Shown here in pieces: positions 13,211-25,443 of a stretch of 64,000 nt of DNA. The notes under the pieces are model-generated. The model worked only from the letters and a program-made list of their open reading frames with translations, searched no databases and was not told the origin of the DNA. Source of the DNA: Vicugna vicugna (taxonomy: Eukaryota). How positions within the stretch are numbered: the stretch's first letter is position 1; each line of letters opens with the position of its first letter. Position numbers and translations under genes: made by a program. Where the stretch lies: assembly GCA_013265495.1 (NCBI GenBank), contig MU058444.1, forward strand, positions 2,232,001-2,296,000, in the 5' to 3' direction.

Positions 13211-13460
13211 CTGACCCACTGGAAAAAAATGTTAGCCTAGGCTCCTTTCGTAAGAAGATTGCCTCCTACCCAGTTTTTATTTAAATGTGGGGGTTTACAG
13301 CTCCACTACAGAAGCACCAAGCAGGCCCGCAGGGGGGCTTCAGAAGCCCCACGTCAGGTGACCACTCCAGGTGACCCATCCCATCCCGGAGGGGCTTCCC
13401 AGCAGCTGCCTCTGTGGCTCCCACCCCCCCACCCCTCACCCCCCCCCCCCCCCCCCCCCC

Positions 13461-13491
13461 NNNNNNNNNNNNNNNNNNNNNNNNNNNNNNN
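13461..13491. other. Assembly gap (N run) inside a poly-C tract
   Basis: N run flanked by C runs. Confidence 0.95.
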
Positions 13492-14032
13492 CACTGCACC
13501 CCCCCACCCGTCACCTCCACCCCCGACCCCCTTCCCACGGGTGCTCCCAGGAGCACTGATGAACAAAAGGAGAGGCACAAAGATGACTAAGTGTCTGGGG
13601 TGCCAGAAGAGGGCTCCCCGAGGCTTACTTCCTCGTGCACACAGATCTTCAAACCTGTCTTAGCCATCTTCCCAACCTGCACTCACCCAGAACAACATAG
13701 TAACACAGAGATCAAATGGCTCCGACTGAAGTCAGAGTAGCAAAGAGTTCTCCCCGCTACCCACTACACTAGAGAGTAGCTCCTTGGGCTGGTCATTCCC
13801 ACCCTCCACTTTCTACAGAACCCTTGCCTTGTCCACTTGCTTTTCTTCCTTGAAAACCAAAGGCCAATCCTGGAGAAGTGGATCCTCTTCACAGAGATTC
13901 TTCCCCCCATTTTTACTCCTTGTACCTTTTATCATCTACAATGAGACTAGTGGTCTTCCACTTTGCAATTCCATGACCCCTCCCACCCATCTTTATGAGA
14001 AAGCAAAATGTCCATCCTAGCCCCTAAAAAAA

Positions 14033-14037
<5 letters not shown>

Positions 14038-14078
<41 letters not shown>
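14038..14078. repeat. (CA)n(TA)n microsatellite
   Basis: acacacac...atatatata. Confidence 0.95.
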
Positions 14079-14309
14079 AGAAAATAGTCAATGCACACTT
14101 TCATTAATGATAAATTACATAATGAAAAATAAGGCTCATAAAGACGAGAGATTAGACAAGCGTGTGCCAGTAACAGCACATGGTCACAAGGAAACTCTAG
14201 CTGACTGTGTGAAAAACAGGCACCCCAGGGTGTGCTGATGGGAGACCCCACCAGTATTATCTTTGGAAATTTGACAATAGTGATAAAGCAGCTTTTATTT
14301 TTGAATTTT

Positions 14310-14648
14310 TTCCTATTGAAGTATAGTTAGTTGACAATGTGGTGTCAATTTCTGGTGTACAGCACCATGTTTCAGTTATACATGTACCTACATAGATTCC
14401 TTTTTATATTCTATTTCCATTTGTCACAAGATATTGAATATCGGTCCCTGTGCTATACAGTAGAAATTTGTTGTTTATCTATTTTATATATAGTAGTTAG
14501 TATCTGCAAATCTCGAACTCCCAGTTTATCCCTTCCCACTCCCTTCTCTGCCCCGTTCCCCGTCACCATAAGTCATATGCATGATATCATATGGTATTTT
14601 TCTTTCTCTTTTTGGCTGACTTCACTTAGTATGAGGATCTCCAGGTCC
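14310..14648 (-). mobile_element. L1 3' end
   Basis: attgaagtatagttagttgacaatg...ttcacttagtatgaggatctccaggtcca. Confidence 0.85.
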
Positions 14649-15466
14649 AAGAAACTTTTTAAATGTTCATAACATACATGTGTTCTGACGCAGTAACTAC
14701 AATGCTTGGCATTTATACAGCACTTTCTGCGCCAAGAAGTGTAAAGCTAACCTTACACTTCAAGCATTTTATGTACTAGCTTTGCTCCACCTGCACAGTG
14801 GAGGACACTGAGGCACTGAAAAGTCATTTGGTTAAGGCCAGAAAGGAATACAGAAAGCAAGAAAAATAAGGTATCTGCTTGCCTCTTGTCCCTGTTTCTC
14901 CCTGAATATGTTCAATATTTTGAATGAAGAATATAAGAAAACCCACACAGAAGAAATACTCCTTTCTAATGTTAAGATTTTCTGTCTAAAGTTCATATAC
15001 TTATTTTATATTTTCTAGTAACTGGATGAGTAGAGAATCTGAGACAAACCAGAGCAGTCGAACTCTTGACCACGGAGCCACACCACCTCCGCGGAAAGTC
15101 TAAAGTCCGGACTGCGATGTATGTCAGAAAATACTCATCTCAAGGTTAAATAAAATTCTTGCCGGATAATAAATACTAAAAATTTATAAAGGTATTATTC
15201 CTGATTACCTAGTAACAGAAAAATGTGACATAGTCTCAAAATCTGAGGATTGAAAAGCGATCAACTCAGTCACGGCATGGCCATAAGAGGACCATGCTTT
15301 CATGCAGTAGGCACCGCAGAGTCTCCATGACAACATCAGTATTTTCTACCTGTTTTCCTTCAAGCATCCTTGTGAGAGTTTTGTTTTGAGAACCCTTCCA
15401 TCAGCACAATACTTCTTTTTTAAAATGTCCTCAACCTTCTCTTCCTTGCTGCTACTGGCGTCATCT

Positions 15467-16074
15467 TTTTTTTTTAACTTTATGTATTTATTTTACAATA
15501 TCATATTTTTTAAACTGTAGTACAGTTGATGTACTATATATGTTGCAGGTATACAATATAGTAATGCACAATTTTTAAAGGTTGCACTCCTTTTATAGTT
15601 ATTATAAAATATTGGCTATATTCCCCATGGTGTACAATACATCCGTGGAGCTGATTTTATACCTAATGGTTTGTAGTGTTTCTCCTCCACCTCCATCTTG
15701 CCCCTCCCCCTCCCCTCTCCCCACCAGTTCCTTCTCTACATCTGTGAGTCTGTCTCTTTTATATTATATTCACTAGTTTGTTATATTTTTTTAGATTCCA
15801 CGTGTCAGTGATATCTTCCAGTATTTGTCTTTCTCTGACTTATTTCACTTAGCATAATGCCCTCCAAATCCATCCATGCTGTGCACCAGAAACTAATACA
15901 ACATTTTAAATCAAGCAAACAAACAACCCATTTAAAATATGGGCAGAAAAACTGAACAGACATTTTTTCAAAAGAGGAAATGCAGATGGTCCACAACAAC
16001 ACGAAAAGGCGCTCAACATCACTAATATCAGGGAAACGCAGATAAAAATCACCATGAAACCATCTCACATCCGT
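15467..16074 (-). mobile_element. 5'-inverted L1 insertion with a 19-bp TSD
   Basis: TSD ctgctactggcgtcatctt (15449-15467) and ctgctgctggtgtcatctt (16075-16093). Between them: poly-T, a minus-strand 3' UTR to about 15880, then plus-strand L1 sequence. Confidence 0.8.
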
Positions 16075-16703
16075 CTGCTGCTGGTGTCATCTTAACCATG
16101 TGTGACTGACACTGAAATTCCAGACTCAGACAGACTTTTCCAGAGCTGAGGAGTCTTTCCCAGAAGACAAGCTACTGGGTTCCCCTGCCCCCAGAGACCA
16201 GGGCACCAGCATGTGGCTCCCTAGCCAAAAATCAACGGAGCATTCAGCCCCTCTTGCCGGGCTGCTGGAAGGAAATGTGTAAACTAAGATTCATTTCATT
16301 TATGAAGTACTCTCAAGGTCCCTAAGGCCAGAGGTGTTGGCTCAGGGATCTGCATCAGCCCTAATCTAGTCCTTAAAAAAATGGGGGTGGGGTGGTGACA
16401 TAGAGAAACGAGGTTAGTTTAAACTACAGACATCACCTGACACCTAGAGACTAAAACACTCAGAGCAAACCACTAAAAATACACACACTCGGGCTCCACT
16501 TTTTTGATAGGCAAATCTCTGTAATGAACTCAATTCATAAAGGCTTGAACTGCATCTCCTATGAAGCTTAGATTTACATGCACCTAAAGATGGTATGAAA
16601 CATCCCACTATTTCCAAACCTACTTTTTTTTTTTTTAAATAGGCTAGACTTTTTCAGAAGGTAGCATTCCAAGCATTCAACCGAGCACCTCTTGAGAATC
16701 CAC

Positions 16704-17232
16704 AGCAGGGGAGCAGAATTTGCCAACCCCCAAATGTCTCTTTGGCATGTGGATTATTTCCAGATGAAAACAATCAAGGCCCAAAAGACTCAGGAAGAAA
16801 CTCTGACCTTCCTCCTAAGTGAAGGGTTTAGATACAGGGCCTGTTCCCAGAACAGCGCTATCTGCACCAGAGCTATCTGCAGAGAATATGGGCTACGTGT
16901 GGTCGGACCTGGAGATCAGAGTCCATGCTGTGTTCCACTGTCTCTGCCTGGCCCAGCAAACACTTATCTACTGAACATTCGCTTTTCCATCTTCATGTGA
17001 ATTGCCTTCCTCCCGTCTGAAGTCCCAAACCACTTCCCGCAACATCCTCTTCTGGTATTTAAGGTGAGGTTTTCAGCAAACTGAAGGCAAGTTAGTGTTC
17101 CTAGTCTCTCTCCCATCTATTCCTGCTATTAAACTGTTGTCTGTTTCTTCCTGTTAATCTGTCTCGTGTCAATTGAATTCTTTGACCAGCCAGAACCCAG
17201 CGTGGTAGAGGAATATTTCTTCCTCCCCAGAA
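16704..17232 (+). mobile_element. ERV1-class solo LTR (MER34-like)
   Basis: Start ggagcagaatttgccaacccccaaatgtctctttggcatg resembles MER34-family LTRs; attaaa polyA signal at about 17127; 4-bp TSD ccac/ccac. Confidence 0.75.
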
Positions 17233-17379
17233 CCACACAGGGCCAAGCAAGGGCTAGGCACTGGCCTGAGTCCCACAGCCCACCTCCACCAGCGGGAAAG
17301 AGGCTTGAAAGCTACAATTGTCCACATTGTGTAAGGAATGCTACAACAGAATGATGCAAAAGGCCCTTAGCCTGATTGG

Positions 17380-18040
17380 ATTTTTTTAAACTGAGGTTTA
17401 ACTAACAAAATAAAATAAACGTGAAATGTTCAATTCAGAGAGTTTTGCGGGGTTTTTTGTTGTTGTTTTTTAGTTTTCCTGCTTGACTTTTGTGGGGTTT
17501 TTTTAACTGAAGTATAGTCAGTTACAGTATCTTGTAATAACCTTTAATGAAAAAGAATATGGAAATAAATCTATGTATGTATATCCGTGACTGGGACACT
17601 GTGCTGTACACCAGAAACAGACACATTGTAATTCAGTCTTGACAACTGTTTGTATCCTATACCCAGAACTCCAAGCAAGATGTCAAACATCTCCACCCCC
17701 CTGTACTCTCTGCAACCCAGTCCCACATCCCTCCCGGGGGCACGTGACTTTTATCACTAGAGTTCCACTTGTTCTAAAATTTCACATAAACAGAATCTAT
17801 TTGAGTCTAGCTTCTTTCACTCAGCATAACATTTTTTAGATTCATCCATGTCACTCCACGTATCAGCCATTGTTCGTTCTGTGTGATTATGGAGAGGTGT
17901 TTCACTGTATGGACAGACCAGTTTGCTTATTCATCCACCTGCTGGTGGATGTTAGGCACTTTCCAACAGTATAGTAGCAATTTGTGCTACTACGAATAAG
18001 GCTGAGATTAATTTGTTGGGATTCATCTCTTTGATTTATA
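17380..18040 (-). mobile_element. Old L1M 3' region containing a younger small inverted L1 end (about 17499-17633)
   Basis: cttctttcactcagcataacattttttagattcatccatg is typical of minus-strand L1M. Confidence 0.65.
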
Positions 18041-18049
18041 TTCATGTGT

Positions 18050-18618
18050 GTTTTTTTTAATTAAAGTATAGGCAATTTACAATGTTGTGTCAATTTCTGG
18101 TGTACAGCATCATGTTTCAGTCATACGTAGGTTCCTTTCCATATTCTTTTTTCATTACAGGCTATTACAAGGTATTGAATACAGGTCCCTGTGCTACACA
18201 GTAGGACCATGTTGTTTATGCTATATGTAATAGTACCTGCAAATCCCAAACTCCCAATTTATCCCTCCCCGCTCCTTTTCCCCTCTGGTGACCATGTTTG
18301 TTTTCTATGTCTGTGAGTCTGTTTCTGTTTTGTAAGTAAGTTCATTTGTATCTTTTTCTTTTTTTTTTTTTTTTTTTCCACTATTACAGTATTTTTCTTT
18401 CTCTTTCTGGCTTACTTCACTTAGAATGACATTCTCCAGATCCATCTATGTAGCTGCAAATGGCATTATTTTATTGTTTTATGGCTGAGTAGTATTCCAT
18501 TGTATATCTTCTTTATCCAGTCATCTGTCGATGGACATTTAGGTTGTTTCCTTGTCTTGGCTATTGTATATAGCATTGCCATGAACACTGGGGTGCATGT
18601 GTCTTTCTGAATTAGAGA
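18050..18618 (-). mobile_element. Young L1 3' end (about 570 bp)
   Basis: Poly-T, aattaaagtataggcaatttacaatg ... gccatgaacactggggtgcatgtgtctttctgaattagag. Confidence 0.9.
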
Positions 18619-19909
18619 TTTTTTTAAATTTTTACCTTACAAAACATATGTGTTTTCAGTGTAGAGGGCAGGAAGGTGAAGAGTGTAAGTTTGGAACAAA
18701 TAGGTGACCAAAGAAGATATAGATCAGGGAGGAGGCACAATCCTGAAAGAATCAAAGGTCTAACACCAGGCATGGCTAAAGCATGCAGAGAACACAGAAG
18801 GACCCCAACGGCTGGGCCAGGACAGACGGCCTGTAAAGACGAGCCCCGTTAAGGAGCTGGGCCTCCGTGAGGAAGGAAGGCATCAAGACAGTGACCAGAA
18901 CTTCACTTTTCCTTCCAACCTCAGGCAGGTGGTTTGAAAGCACACCTGCTCTGAAGGCAGAAGGACCTGGCCTCATGTCCCCTCTCCTGCTACTAATGCT
19001 GTGGGCTGGAGCCAGTTGGTAAAGCTCCCTTAGAGTTTTTTTTCTTCATCTGTGAAATGAAGAAAATAACCACTCATTTCAAAAATTTGTGGAGAGGCTG
19101 AATGGAAGCAATGAAAGCCACAGCACTAAGGGAACTCTTAGCATAAAATGGGAGCCCCCTCAGTGCTGCGGGGTGGATTTAACGCACTCACCGCCAACAG
19201 GCCCTGGAAGCTAAGTCACAGCATCCTCAGAAGGGCCCTGGCTGGCCCCTGCTCACCCTACACTGCCACAGAAACTGCGGAGTTACCCCGGGGAACCAGT
19301 TTTTGAAGCTATTTTTAAATTGAGTTAACCCATTTTCTCTGGAGAAGATTTTTAGGGAGATGTGAAAAAGGTGAGTGCAAGTGAACAAAATGAGGTCGCA
19401 AGAAGACATGAATCGGGGCTACACATTCAACTAGACCTTGTTCCCAGGTCACTGCTACCGTGAAAAACAGAAAGCCTGCTTATCCAGAACAGGACGAGAA
19501 CACAGCCACTTAAACGCCCGCAAGCTCAAAAACCCAGCCTGCAGCAGAGAACACAGCAATGCTTCTTAAAACAGAACTTTTTCATTATATAAACCAATTC
19601 AGAAATCCACTTCTGCTGATAATGAAATCTTCAATTGCAAAAGAAATAAAACTTTTGGTGCCTTTCAGCAATACAGATGGACAATCAAAGTATCAGACAG
19701 TGATCTATGCCCTCCAAGTGACCTCTGGTCAAAGTCCTGTCACATTTATGAAGTGAAACTTTTTAAAGGATATTAATTCAACGGAAGAAATATAAAGCTT
19801 AGGTTCAGATGCTGACTTTTTAAAAAGTATAAGCAAAATATACCTGCTTTCACAGCAAAAGCAGATTTTTGTCTCATGTCATACAATGTGTTTTCTATTT
19901 TTCATTGAG

Positions 19910-20140
19910 CTTTTTTTGAGGTACAGCTGATGTACGGTATTATGTAAGTTACAGGTGTAATTTATACATAGTGCATAACAGTGATTCACAACTTTTAAAG
20001 GCTGTGTTCCATTTATAGTTATTGTAAAATGTTGGCTGTGTTCCCTGCCCTGTAGCATATTTATACATATATATTAATCCGTCACCCCTGTCTTGCCCCG
20101 CCCCACTTCCTTCTCCCCTCACTAGTTTGTTCTCTACATC
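19910..20140 (-). mobile_element. L1 3' end
   Basis: ttgaggtacagctgatgtac...agtttgttctctacatc. Confidence 0.7.
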
Positions 20141-21699
20141 CGCACAACTTTTAAATTCTATTTCCGCAGATGGGGTCTGCGTGACTCATTCTCTTGAGAG
20201 TCTGTACTCTTCACTGAGAGATCCAGACTTAATTTAATTTACTTTAGCAGGTCATTCACCACAGGGACTTAAGAGTAAACGTGTTCACCTGACTCTGAAC
20301 ACAGACCATCTTCTTGATCATTTCCTGTGCCTCATGAATATTAATCAGCTAAATATATATGAAATCTGAGATGGCTTAATTACAGTAACTGAGGATATAG
20401 CCCTGGAGAAAATCTAAGTGCTCTGTCAACACGGCCACCAAAATCCAAATGTCACATATATTAGATCTGGATTCACACAAACCAATGGTAAAAAAAAAAA
20501 AGTTTGAGCCATGAATATTTCAGTGTGAAAAGAGAAATGACTTCATGGTGCTAAGATAAATTTCTTAAACCTAAAAATACTTCTCAGTCAAAACTGCATA
20601 CAGAAAAAAGTATTTCAATTAAGACATGCTTTTTCTTATAAGTCCTGAATGATTTCATCTAGGAACAAGTTATTCAGAGGCTGGAGACTTCAGAATCAGG
20701 AAGGAATCAAGAAACAGGATTATAAAGGAAATACGGTCAGATTATCCTTTCAATTTCACAAATTTATGGTAATCCCAACCAATGCGTATTTTTTTTCAGC
20801 TGCAAAGTGTGCCCCTGAACTACAGAAAATACCCAGACATACTGAGTAGAGGGGACATGAGCAGAAGCAGCCCCCAGGTGACCAGACATGAGTGGGGTAC
20901 CAGCATCAGTGAGGTCACACTGCACCCCAGACTTCGCCAAATGCTTTCAACGGTCATCCCACTTCACACCCACATCTGTTTTATGCTGTAGGTAGTAATT
21001 CACATGTAAAGATGAAAAAACTGACACAGCAGCAGATGAGAGTGGTTTATCCAGCATCACCTAGCTGGGAAGCAGGACCTGAACCTGGGTCTCTGTATAA
21101 CCAAACCTCATCTTCTTGCTAAAACTACCAGCAAATAGACTGACTTAGACAACGCAAAGTTTAAGAACTCTGAAATGTTCGCACCTCTGAAAATCAACTG
21201 TAATAAGGTAATATTTTGGAAAGTATTCCTATGTTCTCCTTTGCCTTTGGACATAAAATGTTCATCAGCCTAAAATAAAAAAAAAAAGAAAGAAAAGAAA
21301 AATCATAGAAATGCTACAAAAGGATGGTTTTCAGCTTGCAAACTAGGATCACTTAGCAAGACTACCTAACTTTGCTAGCCATGCTAGTCTCTAGGGAGAG
21401 TTTTACAAATTACAAATTTATTCGTTTCCCCTTCCCTGCCTCCTTTTTATCAGGAGTTCAAAGAATTTTCCTCCAGGGTAGAAAAGATAGCCCTTCCAGG
21501 TGATACCAACTAGGTGAAAACAGGTTCCCTGTGGAGGTGGGTGGGCTGGTCCCTTAAATGGGGTCGGTGGGTGGGCGTTAGGGGGTCTGCCCACGCCCTT
21601 GCTGGGCCGTGAGCAGGGGTCACTGCTTCAGCTTCCAACACCTGACAAGTGGCACTTGGTTTGTGGCCTTTTTGTATCTTACAGTTTCTAAGTGCCCCA

Positions 21700-21828
21700 A
21701 CCCCTTCCTCCAAAAACAAGAACAATCTCGAATAAACAACCTAGCTTACCAACGAAAAGAATTAGAAAACGAAGAACAAACAAAATTTAAAGCTAGCAGA
21801 AGGAAAGAAATAATGAAGATCAGAGGAA
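21700..21828 (+). mobile_element. Isolated internal L1 ORF2 fragment
   Basis: Translates to FLQKQEQSRINNLAYQRKELENEEQTKFKASRRKEIMKIRG, the L1 ORF2 segment after the endonuclease domain (consensus-like KKQEKSQINNLT..LKELEKEEQTKPKVSRRKEIIKIRAE). Confidence 0.9.
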
Positions 21829-21829
21829 A

Positions 21830-22520
21830 GAACTATGACTCCCCAACTGCGCACGCGTGCAGGTAGGTTTCGCCCCGAGAGCTTCCTCCGTTTGAGGAGA
21901 CGTTGGTCCGGGTGCCAGTGCGAGCGCCGGGGAAGGGGCCCCGGGTCCCGGCCCGTCTCCAGCTCTGACAGCACAGCCTCCGGGGGATGAAACAAGCAGG
22001 ACTGGTGGGGACACGGGAGAGGAAGTCGGGGTGGGGCTTGGACCGACCTCCCCCGTCCAGGCTGCAGGGTGGGAGGAGCAGCTGGAGTGTAGCGGCGACC
22101 CCCGCTTCCTCCCTGTCTGGGGCCCCGGGAAGGCGGCCGCCCCCCGCTCTGCGAGGTACAGACCGAGGGGGCGCGGCAGCGAGGGCCGCGTGGGCCGGGG
22201 CGCCCGGAGCATCCCAGCCAGCCCTCCCGGGCGCGGGCAGCGCCAGCAGGACCCCGGGCCAAGGCACGGAAACAAAGCGCGCGGCCTGCGCCACGAGATC
22301 GGGCCCCACGGTCACTGGTTTCCGGCTTGGGAATCAGTGGTCAACAGACTGCCAGGCGTCAGGCCGGAAGGGGCATCGCCCGGGAGGCAGAGGTACTAAA
22401 AAAGCCAGGATCAAGACTGCGGGGGCGAGCACGTAGCCTCCCCAGGGAGGCGAGGTCGCAGAAGCCACCTCTCTCCCCAGACGCGCCCAGGGGAGAGGCA
22501 GGAGGGCGGCCACCGGTCAG
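21830..22520. promoter_or_regulatory. Intronic CpG island with promoter-type motifs
   Basis: Very GC- and CpG-rich. NRF1-like tgcgcacgcgtg at 21848-21859, ZNF143/SBS-like aactatgactcccc at 21831-21844, ETS-like cggaag/ttccgg cores and GC boxes. Confidence 0.65.
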
Positions 22521-23269
22521 ACCAACACCTTTAACCAGGAGAGACAGCTGAGCAGAGGCTGTCATGTCACCACAGGAGACGCACTTTTTCTCTGCTCATC
22601 AGAGGGAGGAACTTATGCAGACAACTCTAAGATGAAAGAAAAAATTTTTTTTGCATTTCCGGGTTTAATTGTGAATTCCATCTTTCCAGCCAACTCCACA
22701 GGCAGAAGAGAGTCCTGGTATTCTCTCAAGAGAGGGACGCAAACCAAAGTTCTGTAGCAACTGCATGTGGTACCGGGAAGAATCTGTCTCACAACCAGGT
22801 CCGTCTTGAGCCAGAAATGGCTAAAATATTCATTCAGACTATTTCAATTCTAAAACAAAGCAGGGAAAAAAATCCTTCCAGGGAGGAAAGAAAAAAAAAA
22901 AGAAGAAGAAAGTACACTTGTAGAATCTGAAACAATGCAACTTTGGACTAGTGTGACATGGTGACAGGCAGGCCCATTATGAACACACTGGAAACAGGAT
23001 TGTTCTTTCTCAGGAAAGGCTTTGAGGGGTGAGACTGAAACAGTGACTGTCTGTACCCAGCCATGTGCAGTCGGCCAGTAAACAGCAGATGTCCCTCCAA
23101 ACCCGAGCGCCTGGAACAATGCGGGAGGAACGGCTGGAGGTCCCGTGTGAACACACATGTACATACACACAGTCTCACTCTGCATTTTCTAACCATTTTC
23201 TGTCTGTGTTGCAACGTATCACGCGGACTAGTTCACTGTTCTCAAATTCACTGTTCTCAAATTGACAGT

Positions 23270-23780
23270 GTGTGGCAGATCCCGCCAGTGACTCTCACCA
23301 TGTCCCTTAGCGACAGAAACATGATTTTTGATGGGTCCCCCGGTGGCCTGGAATACAAGCCACACTTCCCCAGCCGCACCTTTAGCAAGCATGGCCCAAA
23401 GGCCAAGAGCCAGTCGGTGAAATGAAAGCAGAAGTGTCAACTGCACCTTTTAGGGATTTTCTGTGAAAGACACCTGGTTCCTCTTTAGCCCTTCTTCCTT
23501 ACTTTCTACCGGTTGGGAAGCTGACCCGATGGATAAGGTGCAAGCAGCCATCCTGGACCTGGACCTCAAGGCAGCTCCGCAAGGCGGCCGCAGGAGGCTG
23601 GGCTGGTGATGCTGGTGGAGTCAACCAGTATTTGTACTATCAGCACTCGGCCACCCGGACTGCCTCCAGCTGGACTTCTACACGGGAGACAAGGGAACCG
23701 CATTTCCTTTAAGTCACTGCTACTTTGTTTTAATCTGCAGAATAGGGTGATTATAAGCGGATTCTAATCCTAACCAAATA
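23270..23780 (+). mobile_element. Old ERVL-class LTR (LTR16/LTR33-like)
   Basis: Starts tgtggcaga; internal gcagccatcctggacc and tttaagtcactgcta motifs are typical of these families. Confidence 0.6.
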
Positions 23781-24194
23781 GTGTTTTCCAGCAAATCTAC
23801 AGAGAGCAATCTAAAATGGAAAATTTCCTAGAAGATTAACAGACACTGTTTTCCAAAGTGCAAAGTAAAGAATTTAGTATCATCGAGCCAACACAACTCT
23901 GTGCCAAAGAAACAGCTCCCCCAATTTTGAGCTGGGTTCCTGATCACTAGGAACAAATACACACTCCCCAGGCTGCGCTGAGTTGGATGTGGCCGCGCTC
24001 TGGCTAAGCTCCGGCCCATGAGATGTGAGCAGAAGTGCCCGTGCTACGTCTGGGGCATGTCCTTAAAGGGAAAGGCAGTGCCTTCTTCAGTACATCCTCG
24101 GTCCAGATGCCTAGTGGCCGAACAGCTAAGAACCATGCGAGGCCAACAGCCAGGAAGGCAAAGTCCAGTGACAGAAGGACCCCGGGCCCTGCTC

Positions 24195-24745
24195 CAGGCA
24201 CGGCGGCTAGGTAACAAACCACTCCAAAACTGAGCTCTGAAAAACCACCATCTCATTAGGCTCACGAATCCCGTAGGTCAGAAATTCACACCAGGCGCAG
24301 GGGCCATCTTGTCTCTGTTCCATGATGTCTGAGTCTCAGCTCGTCAAACCCAACAGCCGGAATGGCTTGCCGGCTGGAGGCTGGAATCACACAGAGGCGT
24401 CTTCACGCTTCTGTCTGGTGGTGGATGCTCGCTATTAGCTAGGACCTCCTCCGGGGCAGAGCTGGGACCTCTCTGGGGCCACCAGCCGGACCACTGACAG
24501 GTGGCCTCAACACGTGGCCTGACAGAATGGTGACCTCAGGGTTCTGGAAGCAAGTGTCCCAGGGAACAGGGCAGAAGCTGCACCACTTTCCTGACCTGGC
24601 TTGGCAAGTCCCCTAGCACCACTGACCCCACAGTCTGCTGGTGACAAGTGTGCCAGGTGCCCCACAGACTGAACAGGGAGACAAAGGCCTATTTCCTTCA
24701 ATGGGAAAAGCAGCAAAGAAACTGCACACGTGTTATAAAACCACA
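24195..24745 (-). mobile_element. MLT1 (MaLR) LTR
   Basis: gtaacaaaccactccaaaact...ggctggaggctggaatca...gacagaatggtgacctcagg...aaaaccaca. Confidence 0.7.
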
Positions 24746-25443
24746 ACCGTCTGTGCCCCTAAGCATCACACCTGCCTAGACGCCCACCTCCGCACTGCCA
24801 CCTGAGTGGAAATAAAAGCGATCATTTTTAAGCCACTGGTCTTGTGGGACTCTGGAGCAAATTTTTAAGACATTCTTATGCACCCCAACATTTAAAAATA
24901 AAGCCTCAAACACAAATAGCAACAATGATTCTCTCTAGAAACTAATTTTATAAATACTAGAATGAATTTGTAGCTGTAATTTATTTCGCATTATCAGCTG
25001 TTGGTGTATTTTCTCCATCCAAAAGTATTACGGACTATCAGAAACCCCGAATACAGCGCAATCCTGCTGCTGCTGGGAGGCTGCCAATTCCCTTCCTGGT
25101 TTGGTGCACGGAGGGGTTTCTGAGCCCAGACAATAAAGATGCTGACGTAGCCAAGAACCTGCGGCCTGAAACCGAAGAGTTCTGGATGTGAACGTGACTG
25201 AATGGTCCTGAAGCCTCTCCTATCAGAGCCGCTCCCTCAAAGACCCTACTCTGGGCCAAGTGGAAGGCTTATTTCCCCCCGCCCCTTGTCATCCACGTAG
25301 AACTAAGCAAAGCAAACCCTTAAATCAGTTCACAGTCTGATCACTTAGTACACATCGGATACATCGTTATCCCTTTTTTTTTAAATGAATGGACAATAGG
25401 ATTTCTACCTCCTCAGGCCCACTCAAAGCAAAGCATGTAAAAG

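Noticed and set aside
21762..22565. Overlapping 120-166 aa ORFs in the CpG island
   Set aside because: They are open in many frames on both strands because GC-rich sequence has few stops; the peptides are low-complexity Pro/Gly/Arg/Ala with no recognisable domain.
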